A DNA stretch of 44,711 nt, the filler included, from Jimgerdemannia flammicorona (taxonomy: Eukaryota), in assembly GCA_003990765.1 (NCBI GenBank). It is 2 parts of 2 records of this genome, joined end to end, with 100 filler letters (N's around TTAATTAATTAA, not from the genome) between each part and the next. Parts side by side here need not be neighbours in the genome. Positions count along the whole stretch, not along the records: positions 1 to 22,309 come from RBNJ01001306.1; 1 more part is not named here. One strand, given 5' to 3'. The notes below the pieces were generated by a model that was not told the DNA's origin, did not search any database, and saw only the letters and a program-made list of their open reading frames with translations. The position numbers were made by a program, and so were the translations under genes. This document shows positions 1-13,100 of this stretch, in pieces; within the stretch, counting starts at the first letter, position 1; each line of letters starts with the position of its first letter.

Positions 1-1777
1 CTATTCACTGAACTCCTTGCACTACACCCAGCAAGTCAAGATGAAGAAGGTCTTATTGAAGCCTTCTTTACTCTTCTCAACAAGAGTTTTGTCAGCTCCA
101 CAAATCCGAGTGACCTAGGACAACCAGCAGCAGTCTTTCTAGCCTTAGTTCCTCACAAAGTCCAAGCCTCTGTAGCCAAGTGGCTCAACTCTACTGACTT
201 CCACTGTACCAGGACCAAGACCACATTATACTACCAATTCCAGAACAGCAAGGCCCACCATATTCTTAAAGAAGAAGCAAGAGAAACCCTTCATCAACTA
301 CCTGACCCTGAATCTGAAGCAGGCCCTACTACAGCCCTACCTGAATCTGAAACCAATACCAAACCTGAACTTGACCTTGAATTAAGTCCATCTGAAATCA
401 AATATATAACTGATTCTGTCTACTTTGATGCCGAGCAAACCCAATTACATGGGGACCAAACTGAAGAAAAGGAGGAGTATCTCAGTGAATTCAATCCCAG
501 ATATACCACCAAAGGAGAAGTACCTCTATCAGGACAGAATACACCTATACAGCAACAAACAGTTATCTATCAAGCCCTCACTCCAGACCTATAACTACTA
601 CTTCAGCAACTTACACAGACCCAAAAAACCCCATCACACTCTGCACCAGTACCTCAAGTAGTATTAGTAACACTACTACCAGCAGTCCAATTACCTCCAG
701 TAAACAATATGGCGAACCAATAGATTCTAGACCTCACAGCCCAGATAGCCATAATGGCAGCAACCATTACTGCCTTAGCTGAACAGACCTGACCTACCAA
801 AAATCTGAGCCTACCTACCTTCAATAGTACTGCACAAGAAGTCCAAAGCTTTATTAGTGTAGTTGACACCAACTTTGAAGCCAATCAATGGACCAATGAG
901 TGAGTTGCTGACCACGTTCTGACAAACAATCAAGACCACACTCTGGAACAACTCTTTGCTACCACTACAGCCTATGTCTGCTGAGTTGTTACATTCTCCA
1001 AAGACCTGTTGAAGAATAGTGGTGAACCCTTCCTGAAAAACCCCTCAGATGGGATACTTGACCTGCAGTAGTTGCTCAGAATGTAGCAAACAATGCCCCA
1101 GAATATGGAGCCCATCCTGCAGCCCCTGGACTCAAACAACTCATGATTGCCCAATACTACAGTGAAACCATGATCGCTGAATCCCAAGTAAAACTCCACA
1201 ACCTCAAATTTGATGTACATGGCAAAGAAGAATTTGAAACCTTCTGTATGAAACTTGAGTCACTCCTGAACACTGTTGGTCTAGGATACATTGCCAATGA
1301 TGAAGCACAAAATGGTACAAGAGCAGACTACTTATTTGATGCCCTGCCTGAATGGCTTACTAGAAAAATCTGAGAACAAGGCCATCCAGTTGGTTGTGAC
1401 CACCAACAATAGTACCTGGCAAGAATCAAGACTATGGTCAAGTGAATCCTAACAGCTGGACTAATTCTGCCCTGAAGACAATTCAACAACAAGAAAAGAC
1501 TTGGACCAAGAAAGAAGAACCCAAGTATGAAGCATCTCAAGCTCCCTCTACATCCACCTCTTGGACACCTAGAAATCATGAACCCACCCAGCCAAGTATC
1601 TTCAAGAAACTCACTGAAGGTGAAAGAAATGAACTTTGAAGAAGTAGAGTATGCTTCTATTGCCGAAAGACAGGACACATGGCCAGTGCCTGCCCTAACC
1701 AAAAACCCCGAACAGCAATATGAGCAACTATTACCACTCTGCACCACCTCAACAACCTAACCACCAGAACACTGGAC
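1..1777 (+). pseudogene. gag: Gag (long, disrupted) with CX2CX4HX4C zinc knuckle
   Basis: Frame 1 reads protein-like from base 1 to about 1140 with sparse stops, then frameshifts. CFYCRKTGHMASAC at 1652-1693 is in the same frame as the downstream dUTPase and pol. Confidence 0.8.
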
Positions 1778-2182
1778 TTTGTTAAGTTAAGACAAACTGC
1801 TAAGGCCCCAACCAAAGGAAGTCAGAAAGCAGCTGAATATGACCTGTATGTAGCCGAAGAAGCTACAGTTTCCAACTGAGAAGTCAAACAAATCTACACA
1901 GGAATCAGTATCCAAATCCCTGAAGGACATGTTGGAAGAATATGCTGTTGCAGCAGCCTAGTATTGAAAGAACTCTCAGTAGAAGGAGGAGTCATTGACG
2001 AGAATTACACAGGCAAAATTATTGTCCTCATCTGAAACCACAGTTGGACACCCTTCAAGATCCCTATTGGTTTCTGCATTGCCCAGATCCTATTCAAAAA
2101 AATCGAGTCAACCCTGATAGTCAAGGAAGTCCCTGAACTACTGCCCACCATCTGAGGATTCAAAGGATTTGGCTCATCAAAC
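1778..2182 (+). pseudogene. dut: Trimeric dUTPase domain, disrupted
   Basis: Manual translation: FVKLRQTAKAPTKGSQKAAEYDL (motif 1), GRICCCSSL (motif 2), GGVIDENYTG (motif 3), CIAQIL (motif 4), *GFKGFGSS (motif 5). Missing Arg residues appear as TGC/TGA, i.e. CpG decay. Confidence 0.92.
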
Positions 2183-2281
2183 AAGGCCCTAGCCCAACCT
2201 ACCATAAGTAAAGAAGAACAATTCTATAAGAAGATCGAAGATGGATATATACCAAGTGGCTGATGCCCTCATGGAATTGGA

Positions 2282-5200
2282 ATGTACTCTTCCCGAATGA
2301 TTGATGATTGCTTCTCTTGTGTCAATGAACTGGCACAAAGAAGAACCAATAGAAGAAAAGCTCCTACAACTGAAATCACCACTATTGGATCAGACAAACT
2401 GCTCACACTTAAGGCTTTTATCAACCGAGCACCTGTCAAGATTATGATAGACAGTGGTGTCTCAGGCAACTTCATCAATGAAGAGACAGCCAACAGACTT
2501 AAGGTCTTCACCTCTCCAGTACAGCAAACTTAAGCAGTTGCTACAGCTGATGAAACCTCACATGTTATTAGTAAAGAAGTCCGCAATCTACCCTTCTAAA
2601 TTGGCAACTACCGAGTACATGTTACCCTCCAAATTGTACCACTTTCTGACAATGAAATCATCCTTGGAACTCTATGGTTAAAACAAGAGAACTCTATGAT
2701 CGATTGGGTAAACCATTCTCTGACCATCAAGAAAGGATGCCACAACTTCAAACTGCAAGCCAAAAAGGACCCACTTAATTCTGGTGACCCTAGACCAAAG
2801 ATCACCCATATCAACAAGCTACAACTTAAGAAATTGGCCAAGAAATTCCCTCTCTTTGCCATCTCCATCTGCCCATCCAAAGGAGAACCTGAGAACTCTG
2901 AAGAAGATTTTTCCAAAGTTGACAGCCATGTCAGACCACTACTCCAGAAATTTCAAGACATATTCCCAAAGAAACCCCCGAAAGGCCTACCTCCTAAACG
3001 AGTGGTAGACCATGCTATCAAGACTATCCCAGATACCAAACCAGCCTTCAAGTCAATCTACCATATGTCTCTGAGAGAAATTGATGTACTTAAGAAAGAA
3101 ATTGACAAACTCCTAGAACAAGAATTCATCAGACCCAGTGTATCACCCTATAGCACACTGGTCCTCTTTATTGTCAAAAAAGGAGGAGACCTGTAAATGT
3201 GCATTGACTACTGTGATCTCAATGAACAGACCATCAAGAACTATTGCCCACTACTGAGGATTGATGAAATATTCGATAGACTTACCAACTCACAATTCAT
3301 GAGCTCTTTTGACCTGTGAAATGGCTATTGGCAAATTGCTATGAAAGAAGAAGACATCTACAAGACAGCTTTCCGAACTCGCTATGGACACTTCGAGTTC
3401 CTGGTTATGCCCTTTGGCTTAACTAATGCTCCAGCAACCTTCCAGACACTGATAAATACCATTCTGCATCCATACCTGGACAAATTCATTGTTGTCTACA
3501 TTGATGACATCCTAGTCTTCAGCAAAACCCTGGAGGAACATCTTGAACACCTTGAACTAGTACTACTGAAACTCCGAGAAAACTGACTCTTTGCAAAACT
3601 CAATAAGTGCAAATTTCTCCTGAAAGAAATTCAATTCCTTGGACACATTGTTACTCCAAATGGAATCAAAGTAGACCCCAGCAAAATCTCCGCAATCAAG
3701 GATTGGCCCAGACCCAAGAAGCTGAAAGACCTCTAGTTATTCCTGGGATTAGCAAACTATTACAGATAATTTATTACCAACTTTGCTAAAATTGCTACTG
3801 CTCTCACCCAAATGACCAAGTATAGCAAGAAACAAGAACAACTCTGGACCATAAAACAAGAGAAAGACTTCAACAATCTTGTAACTTAGGGACCTGAGCA
3901 AGATACCACCTTTCAAGCACTAAAGGATGCCCTGATAACCACTCCAGTACTTCAAGTGGCAAACCCTGCACTGCCATATAAAGTTACCACTGATGCCTCT
4001 GACCTAGCCCTTGGAGCAGTACTCATGCAAGAAGGACACCCTGTGGCCTATCACTCTCGTAAGTTCAATGATGCTGAAATTAACTACACAACCCATGAGA
4101 AGGAAATGCTAGCCATCATAGATACTCTGATCAAATGGTGACCCTACCTAGAAGGAGTATACTTCACTATATTGACTAACCACAAATCATTAGTCAATAT
4201 CAAGACACAGGCTACTCTATCTCAAAAGCAAGCCAGATGGATGAAAGTCCTCACCAACTTTGACTATGAAATCCAGTACTGCCCTGGCAAGGAAAATATT
4301 ATTGCTGATACAATCTCCAGACCACCAATCGAAGAGGTTATCCAAACTCTCATCTTGGTTACAAACTCCATCATGGAACAAATTATCATAGCATATGCTG
4401 ATGTAAGGAAGCTCAAGCACTGTGAGAAATCCTGAATAGTGACAATACCAACAAGCATACACAGTATCATCAATACTAACTAAAGGACAACACTATCTAC
4501 TACAAAGACAGACTATATGTCCCAAACAACTGAGACCTCCAAAGGACTATCCTATTCAAATGTCATGATGTCCCTACAGCTGGACATTTAGGATTCGATA
4601 AATGTTACAAAGTTATCTCCTGAAACTTCTATTGACTCCACATAGCAGATCAGCTCAAAACCTACATCACTTCCTGTGATGCCTGCTAACGAAATAAGTC
4701 CTCAACACTAGCAAAACCCAGCTTACTTCACCCTATCCCAGTACTATCTGCGAATTGGGAACAAATCTCTATGGACTTCATTGTACAACTACTCTGAACC
4801 AAGAATGGGAAAGATGCAATTGTTGTCTTTGTGGACTATCTCAGTAAACAAGCCCACTTTGTGCCTACTACCACTACTGCAACAGTACCAAACATAGCCA
4901 CACTCTTGTTTGACAACATCTTCTGCTATCATGGTCTCCCCAAGATCATCATTAGTAACCAAGACCCAAAATTTACCAGCTATTTTTGAAAAGCCCTCTA
5001 TATACACCTTGGAAAAAAACTTGCACTATCCACAGCCTTTCACCCAGAAACTGATAGCCAAACTGAAAGGATGAACCAAACTCTGGAACAAATGCTAAGG
5101 AACTATGTTTCCTACAGACAAGATGACTGGCATGAATACCTCACTACAGTTGAGTTTGCCTATAACAATAGCAAGCAAGCCTCTCTCAGAATGACCCCAT

Positions 5201-5837
5201 TCTTTACCAATACTGGACAAAACCCAAACACCTCTTTGACACTTATCTGAACCACTGAAGAACCCTCCACAGTTGAAGCTGTTGAAGAATTCTACTTCAA
5301 ATGCACAACTTAAGCCAGATTGCCATTGAGAATTTATCACAAGCTCAAGAACAACAGTCACAGTATATTAACCAACACTGCCAAGAAGAAACCTTTGATA
5401 TTGGAGAAAAAGTTCTACTGGACATCAGAGGATACCGAGTTGACAACCTCAAGCACAGACCATCTACAAAGCTGAACAGCAAGTTTATTGGACCATTTAA
5501 AGTCATTGCATAAGTCTCTCTAACCTCCTACAAATTAGCACTACTGGACACCATTAAGATTCACCCAGTCTTTAATGTTCAATGTCTCAAGTGATACAAT
5601 GAGAATAATGATGAGCTATTTCCAAACCAGACCACCAAACCACCTGCACCTATCATTATTAATGATCAAGAAGAGTATGAAGTTGAACAAATCCTCAACA
5701 AACATGGCAACAAGAGCCACCCTGAGTACCTTGTCAAATGGAAAGGTTACCCAATCCATGATGCAACCTGGGAACCCAAGACCAACCTCCAGAATGCTAC
5801 CAACCTAGTTCAGGAATATGATTCCTTGAATAACTAG
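2282..5837 (+). pseudogene. pol: Pol: aspartic protease, RT, RNase H, integrase, chromodomain
   Basis: IMIDSGVSGNF (PR, about 2450); [28 protein letters not shown] and VYIDDIL (RT); TTDASDLALGAVL (RH); HDVPTAGHLG, SMDFIV, HPETDSQTERMN (IN); EYEVEQIL...YLVKWKGYPIHDATWEP (chromodomain); stop at 5835-5837. Confidence 0.96.
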
Positions 5838-6035
5838 AACCAAATACTCTGCACCTATCCATACTTACTATATACTATCCTCCCGAACATTATAATTATT
5901 GTAAACCAGACCAAGAACTCAGCAAAACAAGACAAGAATACTGACCCTCTGGAAAAATGGCAAAACTAAAAGCAAGCCTATTCTTCCTGTACCACTGAAC
6001 AAAATTAGAAGACCCCAATGAGGATGTCGAAAGCT

Positions 6036-6048
6036 AAGAAGGGAAGAG
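6036..6048 (+). other. Polypurine tract of family A
   Basis: AAGAAGGGAAGAG one base before the LTR start TGTAAG; conserved in the inverted copy at 15499-15511. Confidence 0.85.
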
Positions 6049-6202
6049 TTGTAAGTGCACAATCTCCAAGCCACCGAAATTACATGTCACCCTCTGAACA
6101 AGCCACTGAAATCACATGTGACCTCTGAACAAATCTGGAAATCACCTGCTTGATCATGAAGCTGAGTCAAACCAAAGTTACAGCACACAAAGCTGAGTCA
6201 AT

Positions 6203-7435
6203 ATGAAGTCACAGAACACAAAATTTACACAAACGGAATCTTACCAATCAGGATCAAATGCATATATACTGAGCACCAAGATGCGTCGAATCAGAGAACC
6301 AAAACAAATAACAACTATAACTTCCAAACACACAAACATGACTATCAAGATCTATACCTGTATCTATACTGACATTTGGAATGCCATTATCAACTGAGCC
6401 ACACCCCCTATGCCCCTCATGAATATCCATAGCCTAGCACCCCTCTACTTCGTGAAAGCCTGATGGAATGCTCTGAACATGCTTAGCGAGACCTACCGAA
6501 TCAGACAAATCTCAAGCTACTACCAGATCGGCTGCCTTCTAGAAGACATGATCGAACACTACTATGATACAGACATCACCCAGATGTCTCAACACCAGAA
6601 GCTCATTGCCCGCAAACATCGAGAACTCTTCTACAAGTATAGTACCATTATTCCCCACCTCTGAGTTACCACAGCCGAAATGTTTGCTACTCTGTCCTAT
6701 GGCCAAATCGATGACATGATACAAGAACTTAACCACAAGTACCTCGAGTATATCGAAACCACAGACAGAACCTTCCCACACCCCAATGATCATATCCTGC
6801 AAATGCCCCAAGTTGGATATGCTATGAAGGATATCTATGATATAATCTACTTCGATAAAGACAAAGCAGAAGACAATGATCCCTCTGATGCCAATATGAC
6901 CTCTAGTCAAGGATCTCTGCCAACTCTGATCACACCGCCAACTTTGCTGATAAACTTACAACAATTCATAACAGCATATGAGACTTATTGGGACAATGAC
7001 CACTGGCACGAATACCAACCTGCATTCACTCCCGATTACTTCAACTACAACCAAGAGACCGGAGAACATGACCTGTACCTCCAGACAACCCTTGAGATTG
7101 AACCAACCACTCCACCACCTGAGTATGAGTGACATGAACCACAGCCACTAGCTTACTACAACCCCATGACTCATAGTACTATAACCCACAGAAGGTATGC
7201 AGACAGTGGATCTGATGAAAGTGAAGATGATACACCTCTCCTTCATCCACCAATACCTTACCCAGCATATGAGATGAATGATACCATCTTGTGGGATGGA
7301 GATAAAGTTCCAATGTATTATTACCTCAGCAAACAAGGAGAAGTAATCCGTGAATCACTCTTCCTAGATGACTACTTCATCAGAGATAATGCAATCAATA
7401 GTGATGTCATCGAAGACTACCCAGATAGTGCCTAA
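6203..7435 (+). pseudogene. LTR-internal ORF, unknown protein (predicted helical N-half, acidic C-half)
   Basis: Track ORFs 6203-6397, 6479-6664, 6680-7132 and 7166-7435 share one frame. The four internal stops (6395, 6461, 6662, 7130) are all TGA, compatible with CGA decay. Terminal TAA at 7433-7435; alternative ATG at 6338. Confidence 0.8.
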
Positions 7436-7624
7436 ACCTATAAATAGCCTAGCAGTCATAGTATAGTTAGATTAGCCTTGTACGATGTGACTGTGAACTG
7501 ACTCAGCAGTTAGATGATCTCTTAATATGTCAGATCACACTTGTACTATATGACTACATTCCGACTCAGCAAGATACTTAGTGCTACATCCATATTCAGC
7601 ATAGTCCAGATAGCCCCTCACTAG

Positions 7625-7632
7625 TATAAATA
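7625..7632 (+). promoter_or_regulatory. Putative LTR TATA box
   Basis: TATAAATA followed by a pyrimidine-rich tract, conserved in the inverted LTR copy near 13848-13855; AATAAA about 120 nt downstream. Confidence 0.6.
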
Positions 7633-8112
7633 CTCCCTCTCCCAGATCTCAGAATCTCAGACTCAGATACACAAGAACATTCCTGAAAACTTCTCTACAA
7701 TATCCCTTCATACAACTACTCCTAGCATAGCAATACCATGAATAGCGAATAAACCTATTTAATAATCCACAAACCACTCTTAAGTAAATCTACTCCCTGT
7801 TAGGTCTCACTTCTAACTCTATCACGAAATTTCTTAATTGGGTATTGTCTGCAGCAATACATCAATTCAACTAAGCTGGTATTAGTTTCTTGAACTTTCT
7901 GAAATATGGAAATTCCTAAACATCTAGAACTAGTCCGAAAAAGGACTTTGGTTGAGACGTCAACCTGATCTTGAAATCAATAAGCATAGAGGATGTACTC
8001 CATACGAAATTGATCTTAACCATAAGAAAATGGTCTTCCAGAATACCCAGAATATCCAGAAAACCTTTCTAGAACTATGTAATGGTTATCTTAAAAAAGT
8101 AACCCTCTTACA

Positions 8113-10083
8113 TATACTGGGTCAGGGGGATCTGGGGCTTTCAGCTGGCAGAATGTGGGGAGGGGTTACAGTCTGGAGATGGGGGCCTTTGGAGGGTCAA
8201 AGGGCAGCAAGGGCTCTGGAGGAGGTCCAGTGTCAGGCGGTAATGGGGGGAGAACTGGCCCCTCAAGCTTTGCAGACAAGGTGAAGGGAAGTGGATGGCC
8301 AGCTGAAGATAGGGCTGGTGCTGCTGTGGGGAAGAGCAAGGCAAGCCTTGAGAGGAGGAGAGGCTCTCAGGCTGGGGGTATGAGTATAGGGTCTGGAGAT
8401 ATTGTGGCTGAGGGTGGGACTGCTGATAGAGGTGTGACGGAAAATCAGAAAAAAAAAGGAAATGTGATGGCTGATGGTGGAGTGGGGCAGGGGCTACTGA
8501 TTCAGAAGGGGGACCTGGCTGATAGTGTAATGGGGCTGATGGTGGCACCATTACTCAAGAAGTCAGTTTCGGAGTTCATGGCTACCTTGTGCTTTTGGGG
8601 CTTGGCAGTGATGGCAAGAATGGTCCTGGGGCTTATCTTGCAGCAGGTGGCTGAGGCAGCCTTGATGAGGTTTCTGAAGGGGCTAGAAGGGGTGGAGGTG
8701 GGCTTTGAGAAAGCAGGCCCACTGGAGGAGACAATGAAGACTGGAGTAGTGGTTGGTAAAGTGGTGATCCCTATAGTGTGCTGCCTTAGGTGAGACCCCA
8801 GAGTAGTATAGCTACTAGTTAAAGGGGTCTCTATGGTGATGAAGGTTGAGACTAGGAGGAGGGTAGAGGAGGTGGTGGTGGAGTATAGTGACATGGTGGA
8901 TATCAGATTCCAGGTATGGGAGGGGACGGCGATCAGGACAAATAATGTGGATGTCAGGATTAGGCTGGCAGGGAGGGAGGCCACTGGAAAGATGAATGAC
9001 TGGCCTTCAGTGCTGATATGGAGAGCTGTTATCTGTAGGATATCAAGGATAAAGGAGAGTGAAGAGGAGGAGGAGGACTTGTTGGAGGTGCTGGAAGAGT
9101 TGAGTAGTGCAGTGGAATGGAGAGCAAAGGCCTGAAAGCTCTTTGAAGAGATGATGCATCTGGAGGTAGTGAAAGGGAAGCATATCTGCATAAATAAGAA
9201 GCAGTGGAAGCAGGCGCAGGGATGAAGGAGGCAGAGGGAGCTATTGGTGAGTATGAAAGTAGAGGTGAAGAAGAAGGCGGATGGGGCCAAGGTGTCTGGG
9301 GGTGTCAAAGCCAGTGTCTGAGCTAGTAAAGGAGGAGGAGAGGTAGAGGCAGACAAGGCCAGAGCTGGGAAGGTGCTGAGCAAGAACCCCTATACTGATG
9401 GTACTTTCAAGGTCTGAGAGCAGGAATTGGAGGCCACCCCCCCTCTTATCAGGAGGGGCCTGGCTGTGAAGAGAAGGATAGCAGAGGATATATGGATGTA
9501 GGGGGCCCAGTGAGTGTACTTTAGGGTCTCTGATATGGCAGAAGGGGGCTAGGTGGTGGTGGTTGGTGAGGATGAGCTGGTGGATATCCCTGAGAAGGAG
9601 TGGGATGAGGCTGCCAGTGTAGGTGCTGACACCATGATGTTGGATGCAGGATGGCCAGGGACTCTGAGAGGGAAGGAGGTGGGGAACTTGCTGTGGATGA
9701 GCAAGGTGATGGATAACCTTATGGCTAAGGCATTGAGAGAGGTGGACCTGCAGGTAATGCCTGAAGAGCATTGGGCGCAGATTCTGTATAGAGATGGAGT
9801 GGTGGAAGCTCTAAGGGCAGAGATTCTTGTGATCTTTCTGGAGGAGGAGGGATACAAGATCAATAAGATGAGGAAGGCAGAGCTGGGGGTGGTCACGGGT
9901 GAGCAGGCAGCCTACTGTTGGACTGAGCATCATGGTTTGCAGCTCTGGAGGGAGGCCTGCCTAGAGTATCGTGAGGACTTTGAGGAGAGAGAGGATGGGG
10001 TGATGGTAGAACTTCTGGGAGGGTTGGAGGCACAGGAAGCTGGGGAAAGGGAACTAGCTGCTGAACATGACTTAGACTTGTAG
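8113..10083 (+). pseudogene. LINE ORF1, disrupted
   Basis: Same-family segments 8155-8793, 8833-9135 and 9553-10083, homologous to ORF1 of the other three copies. Confidence 0.85.
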
Positions 10084-10114
10084 AGGATGGAATCGCTATT
10101 TAATATTATTCCTT

Positions 10115-13100
10115 ATAAACAGTACAACTAACATTTTCTCTTTGAATGTGAATGGGTTGAGAGGACCTGGGCAGTGTAAGAACATTTTTACTTGGCTCAA
10201 GAGATTGAAGGCTGATCTCTTTTTACTGCAGGATGTTCGGTATGAGAATGAGGATGATTGAGTGGAGTAGACTAGGGAATGGGGTGGGGCTACTGCTTAG
10301 TTTGGTAAAGTGGCGATTCTAGTGAGGAAGGGTAGAAGAGATTTGGAGAGAATCAGGAGCTGGAGTGATTGCTTGGTCTGGGGAGATTGGCAGCAGCCAG
10401 AGTGGGAGTCAGTGAGAGTTAGCTCTTGCTACTGCCCTGCAGTTAGGGGTAAAAGGACTGTATGGATTGAGGAGCTGCTGGAGGAGAGTATTCTCTTAGA
10501 GAAAGGGGTGGATGTTCTTGGTGGGGACTTTAATATGGTTTGAGATCAGCAGCTAGACAGAACTGATGGAGGGAGGAGTGCAGGGGGGAGAAGTGGAGGT
10601 CTGGATGCATAGGAGGAGGTGGAGAAGTTGAGCTCCTTAGGGGATATGGGCAGAAGATATTGGGGCAATACCAGGGTCTACACACACTGGCTGAATGGCT
10701 TGGGTATGAGGATTGACTGGATTCTGATGGCAGAGTGTTAGGGTTCTGATGTTTGGAAGATACTGGAGGTGGAGTAGTGCCCATAATCTGATCACTGGGG
10801 ACTATTGGAGCAGGGGCAGTTTGGGGGGAGTGGAGATGGACCCAGACATTGGTGCCTTAACTCCTCCCTGCTGGCTGAGAAGGGGTTGTGTGATTCATGA
10901 ATGAAGGACATTCAGGAGAAGGTTTTTATTTAGAGGCATGAGGGTTTGGCTGTAGATGTCCATTGGATAAGATTGAAAGAGGTGGTGATGGTATATTGGG
11001 GAGAAGCTGATAGAGAGACTGGGAGGTGGAGGAGAGAGTACACAAGATGTGCTTTCAGAAGGCTGAGGAGACTGCAAATGGATTGGGTGGATTTGCTTAC
11101 TTATGATGGGGTGGAGAATTGGAGGATAGAACAGGCCAAATTGGAGATAGTGGAACTGCAACAGGTGTTGAGAGAAGAGGAGGAGACTCATATGTGTGGA
11201 ATGGCTGCTAGGCTATAGTGGCAGGGGCTTGAGGAGGGTGAGTGTCCTACTAGATACTTATCAAGACTTCTCAAAGCCAGGAGGGTGTGACATCAGTGAG
11301 ATAGAATCTTAGATGCTGATGGAGCCATGGTGCATGATATACAACAAATCTTGGAGGTTTTGAAAGTGAGATAGCAGGGTTTGTAGAGTGAGGGAGAAGG
11401 AGGTGCTGATAGGGCAGTGATTGCTGATACACTAGGGGAGTGGGGGCCACCGCAAGTAGCTGGACTGGGTGACTTGGTCTTACCAGTGCAAGGAGAGGAG
11501 ATTCAGAGTATCCTTGCAGCAACTAAGCTTGAAACAGCACCAGGGGAGGATGGGTTACCATGAGACTTCTGGAAGAAGATAATCAAGGTCCCCAGTATTT
11601 TGGATGAGATAACTACTCTCTGTAACTATGTTCTTCAGAGTGGTGAGTGGGTTGGAGAGCAGAACCTCAGGCTGGTGGCCTTATTGTATAAAGACAATGG
11701 GAGGAGGGAAGACTGGAAGAATTGGAGACCGATCATGCTTCTGGATATAGACAGGAAGATGGTGACTAAGGTGATTATCACAAGGCTGCAGAAAGTTGCC
11801 CATCAGGTGCTAGGGGAGGAGTAGCAGGGCTTTGTTGGGGGCAGACTTATAAGGGATGAGACTGCATGGGTGCATGGTGTTATTGAAGGGGCCTGGGCTT
11901 GTAGACTGGATGGCAGGTTAGTCTTTCTGGACTAGAAGAAGGCCTATGACTGTGTTTGGCGGGTCTGGCTGGGTAAGGTATTGGATCAGATTGGTATTCC
12001 CCCAAGATTTTGGGCTTCTATGTTGAATCTGCTAGAGAGCAGTAGGGCAGCACTGATGTGTAATGGCCACTGAGGTTTGGCATTCTCCTTGGGTAGAGGA
12101 GTTCCTCAGGGGGACCCTCTGTCTCCTATTCTTTATGATCTTTCATTGGAGCCATTGATGGATAGGATTTGCTGGAAGGTGGTAGGGCTCTCTATGTATG
12201 GGATAGTGTGGAAGATGGGGGCCTTTGCTGATGACATAGTGGTTGGACTTGAGTCTGTGGCAGATGTTGAGGCACTTAAGAAGACAGTAGAATGATATGA
12301 GGCTCACTTAGGGGCGAAGCTCAACTGGTATAAGTGTGAGACAATGGTGCTTAGAAATGGACTAGTGGGTGGAGACATCATTGGAACAATTGTCCCTACT
12401 AGTGAGACAGTGCAGTATCTGGATATCTTCCTTTCTATATATGGTTCTGTCTTGCCACGAGTATGGTGGGAGAGCAGGGTGACTACTTGGGGGGAGGTCC
12501 TTTGAAGTTGGGGAGGCTGTCATATATCTCTGGCAGAGTAGGTGACAATTCTGAATATTTACTGGTTTCCCAAGCTGTGATACATGGCCTATCACCTAGA
12601 CTTTCCAGCTTGGGTGGTGAAGAGACTGACGAAGATGGTAAGAGATTGGATTTGGGCAGGGAGGAGATCTCAGATCAGTTGGGATACTCTTGCAACACCA
12701 GTGGTCAGAGGAGGTCTTGGCCTTGTGGATTTCCCTAAGAGGTTGTACTGCTTGCGAGTCTGATGGTTGAAGAGAGATGCTGAACTGCAGAGAGGAGGGT
12801 GGGTGCCACAGCTACAGAAGGTGTGGGAGATGAGATTCTTCCCTCAAGGATCCTCTGGAGATCTGCTCTCTTTAGTGGAGCTGAATAGAACTCAGCAGCT
12901 ACAGTTTAAGGGTTTTTGGTGGAGGGTGGTAGAAGGAGCACACCACATTGGTCTGTGCTAGCAAGGCAATAAGAGGGAGGTGGTGTGGGGGCCTGATATG
13001 TGGCGATGGGATAGACTGCTCCTGGGGGGTGCTCTGCTTGATATATTTAATTTTGAGGATGGAGTGGAGTGTCAGCAAGGTCATGGCCAGAATCTTTGGC

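Larger units (their letters stand above)
1..8112 (+). mobile_element. Ty3/gypsy chromovirus LTR retrotransposon, family A (5' end outside window), decayed
   Basis: Domain order gag(CCHC)-dUTPase-PR-RT-RNaseH-IN-chromodomain, then PPT and an LTR starting TGTAAG at 6050. Many in-frame stops at CGA/CAA/CAG-type positions. Confidence 0.95.
6050..8112 (+). repeat. 3' LTR of family A (about 2.06 kb; alternative end at 7824)
   Basis: Starts TGTAAGTG after the PPT; CTCTTACA at 8105-8112 is a 7/8 inverted repeat of the start and abuts LINE sequence. TATAAATA at 7625 and AATAAA at 7748. A CA at 7823-7824 is a possible shorter end. Confidence 0.75.

Noticed and set aside
6680..7132. env-like gene
   Set aside because: Lies inside the LTR, is acidic, and shows no signal peptide, furin site or TM helix.
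1637..7132. TGA recoding (alternative genetic code or programmed readthrough)
   Set aside because: TGAs fall at conserved Arg positions, and TAA/TAG stops and frameshifts also occur, so CpG decay explains them.
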